A stretch of DNA of 64,000 bases from Methanobacteriota archaeon (GTDB taxonomy: Archaea; Thermoplasmatota; Poseidoniia; Poseidoniales; Poseidoniaceae). The stretch covers positions 18,580-82,579 of the forward strand of contig PAZU01000004.1 of assembly GCA_002715725.1 (NCBI GenBank), written 5' to 3'. Position 1 is the stretch's first letter; every line of letters begins with the position of its first letter. This document shows positions 1-9,215 of this stretch, one piece after another. A program made the translations under genes and the position numbers. The notes under the pieces were generated by a model. The model was not told where the DNA came from. It saw only the letters and a list, made by a program, of their open reading frames with translations, and did not search any database.

Positions 1-308
1 AAATGGATGCTTGGAATGAAGAATTGGAACCGCTTGAGAGTTTCATTCTTCCAACGGGTTCAGGTCCGATTGCAGCAATGCATCTAGCAAGGACAGTTAC
101 GCGAAGATTAGAGAGGTCAATGGTTGCAATCAAAGACGAAATGCGTCCGTTAGCTCTACAGTATGTGAACCGCCTTTCCGATTGGATTTTTGTCCTTACA
201 AGATGGACTTCAGCAAGACTGGGAGAGGACGAAACTCTGTGGACTCCAAAAGGCAAAAGAGAGGCAGGGATTGCTGATATGACTCGCAAACAGAACGCTA
301 ATCGCTAA
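1..308 (+). CDS. PduO-type ATP:cob(I)alamin adenosyltransferase, C-terminal part (5'-truncated by window)
   Basis: FILPxG...HLARTVTRRLER...YVNRLSDWIF motifs. Confidence 0.9.
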   Translation, partial: MDAWNEELEPLESFILPTGSGPIAAMHLARTVTRRLERSMVAIKDEMRPLALQYVNRLSDWIFVLTRWTSARLGEDETLWTPKGKREAGIADMTRKQNANR

Positions 309-531
309 GAGAATGAGTGAACTCTTTCAATTTTCATAAAGTTTCTGCCACCATGAAAATCGTTAGGATGCTTACCAATAACGGCAGTGACCCATAAGAA
401 ACCCATGCGAACGATGGTGTTTGGATCGGTACCCATCCGAACACCGTCGTTTCAAAGGGCCCCCTCTCGAAAATGAAAATTTCAATCACGCAATACTCAT
501 CATTATAACAAATGATAATCTGTAGATAATC

Positions 532-2265
532 ATGGATAGCAAAACGCTAGGCATGAGTTTGCTTGTTGTTTTTCTGATGGCAAGTTCAGGTGCAGTTGTT
601 CTGGTTGTTGATAACAAGATGAATGATGACATAGAGGTAGTTGAAGAAGTCGAGCAAGAAGAGGTTGAGGAGGTAGACTACCCTCCAAAGCTCCTTGTTG
701 ATTCTGAATTTAATCATAGGTGGGATGACAATAATGCAACAGCAGATGGTTTTGTTTACGATGAAATCCCTCAAACGTCAACTGTAAATGTCGTAGTTCT
801 TGATGAGAATTTCGTAACTGTAGCATCTTATGATTTATCGGTAAATGCTGATGGATATTGGCTATTTGAAACACAGTTATCAGAGCCTGGTTACTGGATT
901 CTTGATATATCTGCTACTGATGGACAAGGTCAGAATAGCGAATCCAAGAAAGTATCTCTTGAGATAACCAAACCTGTAGAAAGTGAACCGATTTTTAATT
1001 TCAGATGGGACGCCCCTACAGACAATGAAACCACTGGCACAATAAGTGGTTATGTAATTCATGAATTCCCGGAGACATGTGAAATAGAATACAGACCAAA
1101 GGACCAGAGTCCAGCTTACCACGTAGAAGGAGTTTTCACGGGTGAGTTAGGTATGTACAACATGACATTTGATACCTCCACACACAATACTGAAGGAATT
1201 TTGATAACTGAGTGTGGAATGTTTCAGAACTCCCAATATGCAGCATATGTGATCTTACCAATGCCTCCTGAACCTGTGGGTGATGGCGATAATGATGCAG
1301 TTCTTGATGATGTGGACGAGTGTCCATCAACACCTGAAGGTGAGCCGGTTTATTCGACTGGATGCTCTGACTCTGAAACCGATGATGATGGTGATAATGT
1401 CATGAATGACCGAGACCAATGTCCTTCAACTCCATCTGGTGAATCAGTAGATTATTATGGATGTTCAGATAGTCAGAAGGATGATGATTTAGATGGACTA
1501 ACAAACAATCTAGACGATTGTCCAAACACTCCGGCAGGTGAGATTGTAGATTCATCAGGGTGCTCTGATTCTCAAAAGGACGATGATGGAGATGGAGTCA
1601 CAAACGATATCGACACATGTCCCGATACTCCACCAAATACAGAAGTTAACGCAGTGGGCTGTTCACAAGAACAATCGGGCCCCCTGAAGATTTTGGCACT
1701 GCACGGTGGAGGACAGACTGCAAACGGTTTGAGGAATATGCAGGGTATTCAGGATTTGATGAGTTCATTAAGCGAATTTGAATTTGTTTTTGCTAGTACA
1801 CCTGAAAGTAATAACGTGTGGATAAGAGATCCACCGGGTGGAAAAGGAGAGCCAACAACCGATCGAGATTGGGCAGACGCATCAATAGATTATCTTGATC
1901 AGATAGTTGAGGAACAAGGTCCATTCTATGCAATCCTTGGATATTCACAAGGAGCAGCAATGATACCAGTTTATCTTGCAAACACAGAAAATACATTCAA
2001 CAGAGTGATGATGTACAATGGTTACCTACCAACAACCCACGAGGGATTGATTGACACAATTGATGAAGCTGCACCATTCTCAATTCCTGCAATGGTGTTT
2101 TCAGGAGAAAATGATGACGGATTCAAAGACTTGGCTCCCGCACTAGCAGCAAAGTTCTCGCAATGTTTGGAAGTTCACAGCCAAACTGCAGGGCATAACC
2201 CCCCATACCAAAGTGACTCTACATATAATCAGATTCTGAATTTCATAAGAGATGGAATGTCCTGA
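532..2265 (+). CDS. Membrane-anchored protein with Ig-like region, thrombospondin type-3-like repeats and C-terminal FSH1-like serine hydrolase
   Basis: N-terminal hydrophobic segment; 4x DxDxDGVxxxxDxCPxTP...GC; LALHGGGQ, GYSQG, GENDD, GHNPP. Confidence 0.75.
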   Translation: MDSKTLGMSLLVVFLMASSGAVVLVVDNKMNDDIEVVEEVEQEEVEEVDYPPKLLVDSEFNHRWDDNNATADGFVYDEIPQTSTVNVVVLDENFVTVASYDLSVNADGYWLFETQLSEPGYWILDISATDGQGQNSESKKVSLEITKPVESEPIFNFRWDAPTDNETTGTISGYVIHEFPETCEIEYRPKDQSPAYHVEGVFTGELGMYNMTFDTSTHNTEGILITECGMFQNSQYAAYVILPMPPEPVGDGDNDAVLDDVDECPSTPEGEPVYSTGCSDSETDDDGDNVMNDRDQCPSTPSGESVDYYGCSDSQKDDDLDGLTNNLDDCPNTPAGEIVDSSGCSDSQKDDDGDGVTNDIDTCPDTPPNTEVNAVGCSQEQSGPLKILALHGGGQTANGLRNMQGIQDLMSSLSEFEFVFASTPESNNVWIRDPPGGKGEPTTDRDWADASIDYLDQIVEEQGPFYAILGYSQGAAMIPVYLANTENTFNRVMMYNGYLPTTHEGLIDTIDEAAPFSIPAMVFSGENDDGFKDLAPALAAKFSQCLEVHSQTAGHNPPYQSDSTYNQILNFIRDGMS

Positions 2266-2307
2266 TAACAAAAATTTTGTTTTATGGAGGCCATTTTAGT
2301 CGCTACC

Positions 2308-3582
2308 CTATGATTTGGCGTGGATTTTGATTACATCGCTGTCACTACATTCGTGGTCAGCACCAACTATTCTACGACTTCTTCCATCAACTGCTTTGAT
2401 GAATCCGTCTCCAAGGTCGCTGTGGACCTTGTACGCTAGGGCCTTAGCTTCAATTCCATTAGGAACTACAAATGCGTCAGGCAGAATCCTGCCTTCACTA
2501 TCTTTCCATGCGTTTTCGTCTGCTACAGGATAGACTACGACATGGTCTAGAGCATTGAATAATACATTACTGAGTAGTTCTGCAACCCCTGTTCCACCAG
2601 ACTGTGCAAGTTTATCCTTCATTGATGACAGAGCATTGATTTGAGCAGGATTTAGTTTGGATTCATCTACAATATCAAACGAATCACCACCTGGTGAATA
2701 AGAAATCATTCCTCCAGAATCCGCTCTACGTAATGCTAATTCCATATCAGCCATAGTTGGTTGAATTATCCCATTCGCTTCGATTGCATTCCAAGGAGTT
2801 CCCTTCGCAGAATCTGCTTTATTTGCTGCAATGTGAATTGGGAACAATTGGCACCTGAGGTGCAAGGCCAATGAACGGACTTTCTCTTCGGACCACATCC
2901 ATGGAGTGTCTAGGTCACCCCACTGATTTCTGAATCCATCAAGTGCCTGCAAAACGTGGGATAGAGAGGCTCCTAATCCTGTAAATCTCTCATGTAAGAA
3001 GGTGGTCAAACCTTTGTCTCCTTCAGCCTGTACTCGGCGAGATCCGCGTGACCAACCATCATCTAGTATACCATAAATCCACGAATCTAATTCCTCTGTC
3101 AAGAATGAGGTCTCTTCCTTCAAAGCTGATTCAACATCTTCTACTGCTGCAATTGGATTACCTTCTATGTCTGTTAGACCTGCTGCATCAACCACCTGAA
3201 TCAAAGCATCACAATTAGCCAAGTCGGAAAGGAATGCGTTTCCTCTTCCTCGTCCATCTGCAGCCCCAGGAACTAGTCCTGCAACATCGACTAAGAATGT
3301 TGGAACAAGGCGCACATACCCAACGCAACTGCCAGTGCGGGGCTCGCAAATACTGCCTTGTCTCGGGTCATCGTCGCTTACAGGTTCTAAGCGGCCATCT
3401 GCTTCAAGCCTCTCTCGCAAATCTTTGCACGGACAGGGCATAGGAGCAGCGATGAAAGCTACACCAACATTCGCTTCAATAGTACAAAACGGATAATTTG
3501 CAATGTCGACTTTCGCTAAAGTTGCAGCGCTAAAATAGGTCGACTTGCCAACGTTTGGCTTACCAACCAAACCAATTCGCAT
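2308..3582 (-). CDS. ychF: YchF/Obg-family ATPase/GTPase with TGS domain
   Basis: GKPNVGKST, NYPFCT, DVAGL, AYKVHSDL; start trimmed to MRIGLVG. Confidence 0.92.
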   Translation of the reverse strand: MRIGLVGKPNVGKSTYFSAATLAKVDIANYPFCTIEANVGVAFIAAPMPCPCKDLRERLEADGRLEPVSDDDPRQGSICEPRTGSCVGYVRLVPTFLVDVAGLVPGAADGRGRGNAFLSDLANCDALIQVVDAAGLTDIEGNPIAAVEDVESALKEETSFLTEELDSWIYGILDDGWSRGSRRVQAEGDKGLTTFLHERFTGLGASLSHVLQALDGFRNQWGDLDTPWMWSEEKVRSLALHLRCQLFPIHIAANKADSAKGTPWNAIEANGIIQPTMADMELALRRADSGGMISYSPGGDSFDIVDESKLNPAQINALSSMKDKLAQSGGTGVAELLSNVLFNALDHVVVYPVADENAWKDSEGRILPDAFVVPNGIEAKALAYKVHSDLGDGFIKAVDGRSRRIVGADHECSDSDVIKIHAKS

Positions 3583-3586
3583 GGCC

Positions 3587-5755
3587 TCACGCCTGAGTGA
3601 TTCTATCAATCAAATCAGCCTTAGTACCGCTAGTAGTAAGGCCCATTGATTTTGCAACATCCACCAATTCAGCCTTCTTCATCTTCTTGAGTTCGGCTTG
3701 TGTTGGCGCATCATTAGACTCTTCTTCTGGTTCTTCCTCAGATTCTTCCTCGACTACTTCTTCTTCAGAAGTCTCTTCGACATCCTCTGACTCTTCGACG
3801 TAAGGAATGAATTCTATTCCCAAGGTGTTTCTAATTTCTAGAAGTGCAAGATCTAATTCTGGAAGATTGATCCTACCATCCGAGTTGATATCCATGATTT
3901 TTACCAAGTTCTCAACATCCCATGGTGGTAGGTCTGCAATATCTGCAACTCGTAGTGCATTTGCTAACTCAAACATGTCAATTTCACCAGAGTCATCTAC
4001 ATCCGCCCAAGAGAAGAATTGTGCAGTAGTTGTTCCTCTGCCACAAAGCCACTTTGTTAAAGTGACTAAATCCTCATCATAACTCACTGGGAATTCTTCA
4101 ACTTCGTCGTTGTGTAATTCAGCAGAAACTTCGATTATAGTTGAGCCGCCAGCGGATTCTTCTTCTGATTCACCGATTACTAGCGTTGTATCAATTCCAA
4201 CTCCACGTCCGAACAATGCACGGATTGTTGTTGTTCCCTCGACTAAAGTGTATGCGGAAATGTCACTTGTGCTTCCTCCACTAGAAGATTTGTTATCTCC
4301 AAATAGTAATGTCTTGACTACACTATTTGCTGCAAGAATGAATCCGATTACGATTCCATAGAATGCAAAAGCACCTGTCAATGCGAATCCGGATAGGCTA
4401 GAAGATGCATCTTCTACTCCTGCTTCAACCATTGTGTTTTCAGACCAGTCTCCCATCAAGAATAGAATTGTAGACAGTAAACCGCCTCCAATTACAAACC
4501 AAGATGCCATACCTGCAGAGCCGGTTAGTGACTTGCCTGCAGCTAGTGGATAAGAATGGAATAAAGCCGCTAGTGCAAACAGGCCTCCAACAACATACAG
4601 ATATGATGAGTTAACTGTATCTGCAACATTTGCTAGACTGCCATCACCAACCATCACATTCAATCCTGTGAAGTATCCAAGTAGTGCGAAGATTGGAAGC
4701 AGAATTGCTCCTCCTGCCGCTGCTGTTGCTCCTGGACTATCTACTACAGCACTTGCATTACCACGGATAGTGGAAAGCATGTTAGTCGATGCTGCCATTA
4801 CTGGCATTAGTCCCATAGTTACTAGAATAGCACCAATGGATTGTGTGAAGTTGTCTGCATGGGATGACTCGGTAAGGAAGAATGGAGGTATGGTGATGAA
4901 TAGCAAGAACATCGATGCCTTAGTTAGGCTACCAGACCATATTGGCTGGCCAGTAACATGAGACAATACATGGTATCCTACACCAAACATTAGAGCCAAA
5001 GGAACCCAACCTGAAGCCATGATATCAGCAACCCAAACTGTTCCTGTCCAATCTAATGTTTGACCTAAGGCACCTGCAAATCTACTGAATAGCAAAGTGA
5101 ATAGTGCCAAGATTAGGAACCAAGATGGAACCGAAATTGGAGATTCGCCACGTCCGCCCATTGTGATCAAAGAGTTGACTAGTAAACTCAGGACTAGTAG
5201 TCCAGATACCAATCCGTATAGTGCTGCTTCCTTTACTCCATATGTTAGGAAATCCCAGTGGTCTAAAACACATAGAGTCAGGCCTACTAATGCCTGTGCG
5301 GTCCATGCCATAGCAATCATCGAAGCGTTTGCTTCACTAGCAAGTTTGGAGCCAGTTGTACGAGTGTGTGCGACTAGACTTCCACCGATTAGAATAGCAA
5401 AAATTGCTGTGGTCATTGCAACTTCATTGAAGTATGCAAGAGCACTTCCATCATCGTAAGACCATCCTATGTTGGATAGTGAATCTAATGCTGCAGGGTC
5501 ATAATTATGCCAAGCGGACAGGAAGCCGGTTATAGCTGCTAAAATCAGCCAGAAGACACCGGTTTGCATCCAAGTCTTCGCACCGCAACCTTCTCTCTCT
5601 TGGAAGAGATCGGCAGCAGGGCCTGCTGCTTTTGTCAAAAGAAACATTCCGAATTGGCGTAACGGTTTGCTCATTCCACCGAACCCTTTCTGCATGTAAT
5701 GAGTAAAGAGTAGTAGGGAAACGAATAGTATTGCCGATGTTGTAAATGCAGACAT
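3587..5755 (-). CDS. Polytopic membrane protein: degenerate cbb3-type oxidase subunit I-like domain + EF-hand pair + SAP domain
   Basis: About 12-13 TM segments colinear with CcoN motifs but lacking His ligands; [12 protein letters not shown] and [43 protein letters not shown]. Confidence 0.75.
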   Translation of the reverse strand: [722 protein letters not shown]

Positions 5756-5767
5756 TTCAATTCCCCC

Positions 5768-6040
5768 TTAGTCCGAAAGGACTCCTCCGACCAAATTGGC
5801 GATGATCATTCCGCAACCAACAAAAATACCGATTAAGTAATACCAAATTCCTGAGCCTCCAAGATTGTCCATGAATGGAATAATCTCGCCGATTACAGGA
5901 ACATTGTCCCAGCCAAAAATATTGCTGAACAATGCGATTAGCCCGATTAATCCTATGCTCATCATAACAAGAATTACTCGGGATGCAGATGGTTCTGCGA
6001 CTCCTTCAGACACATCGGGTAGTATCGTATTGTTGGTCAT
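5768..6040 (-). CDS. Small two-TM membrane protein
   Basis: Two hydrophobic helices; AGGTGA Shine-Dalgarno upstream; 12 nt from next gene. Confidence 0.75.
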   Translation of the reverse strand: MTNNTILPDVSEGVAEPSASRVILVMMSIGLIGLIALFSNIFGWDNVPVIGEIIPFMDNLGGSGIWYYLIGIFVGCGMIIANLVGGVLSD

Positions 6041-6112
6041 TAAATCACCTTGACCCCGTAGGGGTCATTTACGCCACCTATGATACGGTGATAAACATTG
6101 ACCAGCGACAAA

Positions 6113-7279
6113 TCAAGGGGAGCGTAGATGCAATAGTGCATTTCCTCGTCGATTTTTGCCCGAACCAAGTGGGATTGGCATCGCTTTATCTAACTCGATT
6201 TCTCTCTGCCAAACTTTCTTACAATCACAATCAAGACCATCCAGTTCATGGATGTCACCACTAACAGAATATCGTTCAATTGCAGCCACAACATCTCCAT
6301 CGCATGAGCCGCAATTATGGGCCCCTCTGACCTTACCGCCTGCTGTTGGATGGATGATTAGCCGGCTGATTTGATCTGCGGCTCCATTACCAGAATTAGT
6401 AGGGTGAATATCGTAGTGCACATCTTGAATCAATTGAACCAGAGACCAGAGCCATGGCGGGCGGTATTCATTTGCTCTGAACAATCTGTCAATAACAGTC
6501 CCTCTCTGAATATTCATTGGATTAACGCTGATTTCATCACTTCTTTCTGCAACATCCCTAATCCATTTTGCACCATGTACTAATGCATCCCCTTCGCTCA
6601 TGAAAGGAGGTTTAAACATAAGATAAGTCTTGATTCTTAATCCGAATTTTGCCAAATTTTCTACAGCCTTATCCCAACTCTTGATACTGAATCCTTTGTT
6701 TACATGGAATCGTAAAACTTCATCATCGTACGCCTCTAACCCTATTGCGACCGAAAATTTCGGATTGATTTTAGTTGCCCATTCTAACTTTTCTTTACTG
6801 AGTTGTTCGGTTCTACTTTCAACAACTAATTCCTTACCCATTTCATGGCAATCTCTCAACACTCGCTCCTGGAAATCTAATGGGATTTCTCTGTCTTCAA
6901 GTAAACTTCCTGAAGTGTAAACCTTCACCATTCCCATAGATTCAAAATCGTCAAATCTAGCCAATGATTTCTCCCATTGTGAGTGTAAATCTTCACTGGT
7001 GACATCGTCTCTAGTGTCGTTAAAGTATCCGCAAAAAGTACAACCGCTCGACCACCACCAATGGCAGCCTTTGGTTCTCAGAATAACGGTTAGAGCGGTT
7101 GTTGGTGTTCCATCAGCTAGCGTTTCTGGAGTGTAATATACAGTTGCAGGATCTTTAGCATCCCACGAATGTTTTCTCTCCTGCGCCCAAGGAGTATTAG
7201 CAGGAGCTTTGACCAAGTGATGGATACGAGCAGGACGTTTGTCCGACTCTCCTACCATGGTCAATTTGCCATTCGCCAT
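6113..7279 (-). CDS. Archaeosine biosynthesis radical SAM protein RaSEA
   Basis: ILRTKGCHW...GCTFCGY (CX7CX2C), YTSGS, YRPPWLWS, RGAHNCGSCD, CDC. Confidence 0.9.
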   Translation of the reverse strand: MANGKLTMVGESDKRPARIHHLVKAPANTPWAQERKHSWDAKDPATVYYTPETLADGTPTTALTVILRTKGCHWWWSSGCTFCGYFNDTRDDVTSEDLHSQWEKSLARFDDFESMGMVKVYTSGSLLEDREIPLDFQERVLRDCHEMGKELVVESRTEQLSKEKLEWATKINPKFSVAIGLEAYDDEVLRFHVNKGFSIKSWDKAVENLAKFGLRIKTYLMFKPPFMSEGDALVHGAKWIRDVAERSDEISVNPMNIQRGTVIDRLFRANEYRPPWLWSLVQLIQDVHYDIHPTNSGNGAADQISRLIIHPTAGGKVRGAHNCGSCDGDVVAAIERYSVSGDIHELDGLDCDCKKVWQREIELDKAMPIPLGSGKNRRGNALLHLRSP

Positions 7280-7311
7280 GACTGGGCGTCTGGCTTCGCG
7301 TGTTTGAATGC

Positions 7312-8370
7312 TTACATCAAAGATTGAGTGAAGAAATCAACTATTCGAGTTTCGTATTCGTCGGTATCTGTCAACATTATAGTTTGATGTGCATCGCTTT
7401 CCATTCCTTCACCAACATCATATCTTATTATGGAATCTTTGAACCAACATGCGATTTTGCTTTCATCTCCATTTTCTAATGCTTCGTCGCACATCTGTAC
7501 ACCATGATGTACTCTGACTCTCTGGTCTTGGTTTCCATGTACGACAAACATGTGTCTGTCTCCAATCTCTGTTGCTGCATCTATTGGGAAGTGCTCAATC
7601 AAATTCTGTCCTGCAATTATCTTACCTGCAAAAATTCCTGCACCTCCTAAGAAAGTAGGATAGCCTTGGAATTCTAATTCTTCGACCACTATTGCCCCCA
7701 TGTCAGAATAACCTGATTCTAACCATATTGATTGTAATCTATCGTCTAATGTAAATGCGATTGCAGCTGTTCCTGCCCCCATTGAATTCCCATATATTCC
7801 AATTTCATCGGGATTAGCATCATGCTCATCTATTAGCCAATCAAAAACTGTAATCACGTCTACCCATTCATCCTGACCGCCAGAAACGCGGTTATCATCA
7901 ATTGACGATTCCCCGTGATCTCTCAAATCGAAGACGATGACATTGAAACCTGCATTTGCCAGCATTCCAGAAGGAAGTAGCAAAGCAGCATCTGCTTTAC
8001 AGCCCCTAATTCCGTGAACAAAAATAACCCAGGGCATAGATTCGTTTTGCTTTAGATACCAGGCTGAAAGGAAGAGTCCCTCGCCTTCTACCTCAATGGT
8101 CGCTGAATTATAATCGCTCCACCAATACTGAGATAATCCCGTCATAATATCAGAAGAAATATTTTCGGGATTTTGAGATTCGTTCAAAGGAACTTCATTT
8201 CTTAACGGTGCAAATTGTTCAGGAGTATTTTGGTCAAAATTGCCCCAACAGTCTGTATTAGTAGATGCCACATCATTGTAAACAATTGAGCCCGCCAAGA
8301 AATATCCCGTTGGCAGCAATACGATTAACATCAATAAAAATGGGAAAAATTCTCTCATTAATTTCATCAA
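7312..8370 (-). CDS. Membrane-anchored alpha/beta hydrolase
   Basis: N-terminal TM, FVHG, FDLRDHGES, GNSMG, HGNQD, C-terminal His. Confidence 0.85.
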   Translation of the reverse strand: MMKLMREFFPFLLMLIVLLPTGYFLAGSIVYNDVASTNTDCWGNFDQNTPEQFAPLRNEVPLNESQNPENISSDIMTGLSQYWWSDYNSATIEVEGEGLFLSAWYLKQNESMPWVIFVHGIRGCKADAALLLPSGMLANAGFNVIVFDLRDHGESSIDDNRVSGGQDEWVDVITVFDWLIDEHDANPDEIGIYGNSMGAGTAAIAFTLDDRLQSIWLESGYSDMGAIVVEELEFQGYPTFLGGAGIFAGKIIAGQNLIEHFPIDAATEIGDRHMFVVHGNQDQRVRVHHGVQMCDEALENGDESKIACWFKDSIIRYDVGEGMESDAHQTIMLTDTDEYETRIVDFFTQSLM

Positions 8371-9215
8371 ATCCCTCTGTAAATTATAGTAGACCCTGCT
8401 TTAACAAACTCGCCTTTAGGGTAATCCTTGTTACCATCTTCAGCACTGATTACACATGGATTAAATTTAGCCGCAGGCACTCGAACATCAACTCTGCTAC
8501 CAAGGCGAATCATTCCATACCTTTCACCTCTGCGCAAATCATCTCCTTCTGATTTCCATGGAATGATTGTACGAGCCAGTGCACCTGAAATTTGCATAAC
8601 TTCAACCAATAGGCCGTCCTCTCTATGGAACAATGTTCTCACTCTTTCGTTGTATTCACTTTCTTTTCTGAATGCAGGAAGGAATGGGCCTCTTCTCAGA
8701 CCCTTGCCTGTTCGGTGCTCCATCCGGGTAATCTTTCCAGCGATTGGAGCACGGTTAACGTGTACATCTAGTGGGGACATAAAGACGGCGATTCTCCACA
8801 CATCGGTATCTGATTCTTCTCCTTCTGGCACTGCTTCAAAGCGCTGTTCGGTAGAGAACGACAAAATATCTTCACAAGGTTCAGGATGCCACGACCCAGT
8901 GTGTTCATCTTCCTGTGCACCATCCATCTCATCTTTGGATGGTCTGCGCCCTGTTGCTCTCTCCCTCTTAACGAACATAACATGCCCATCTGCAGGTGAA
9001 ACCAGAACACCTTCATCTCTAGGAATTGGTCGATCGGGGTCTCGCCAAAAGTTAGCAAAAAATGCTGCTAACATCAGCATTAGTATTCCCAAACTGGGAG
9101 CAAGGCCGTAAAGAGGATTGACAAACCATCCAACTAGTATGAATCCGACTCCCATCAATGTAGGTGTAATTACAGGCAGAAATCCGCCTCTGGCTAACAT
9201 AGCCAAATGGCTCAC
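8367..9215 (-). CDS. psd: Phosphatidylserine/archaetidylserine decarboxylase proenzyme
   Basis: FWRDPDR, SPADG, FMSPLDVHVNRAP, NER, GMIRLGSRVD cleavage site. Confidence 0.92.
   Translation of the reverse strand: MSHLAMLARGGFLPVITPTLMGVGFILVGWFVNPLYGLAPSLGILMLMLAAFFANFWRDPDRPIPRDEGVLVSPADGHVMFVKRERATGRRPSKDEMDGAQEDEHTGSWHPEPCEDILSFSTEQRFEAVPEGEESDTDVWRIAVFMSPLDVHVNRAPIAGKITRMEHRTGKGLRRGPFLPAFRKESEYNERVRTLFHREDGLLVEVMQISGALARTIIPWKSEGDDLRRGERYGMIRLGSRVDVRVPAAKFNPCVISAEDGNKDYPKGEFVKAGSTIIYRGI

Noticed and set aside
309-531. Cobalamin riboswitch next to the adenosyltransferase
   Set aside because: Lies downstream of the gene and no B12-box consensus recognised
1285-1665. Tandem DNA repeat or array
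   Set aside because: Degenerate protein-level TSP3-like repeats of about 33 aa, not a nucleotide array
3587-5755. Functional cbb3 oxidase or NO reductase
   Set aside because: Heme and Cu ligand histidines are absent and no cytochrome c subunits are adjacent
8428-9111. Long antisense ORFs (also 26490-26996, 36193-36834, 45392-45877 and others)
   Set aside because: Shadow frames of well-supported genes, Ser/Pro-rich with no motifs
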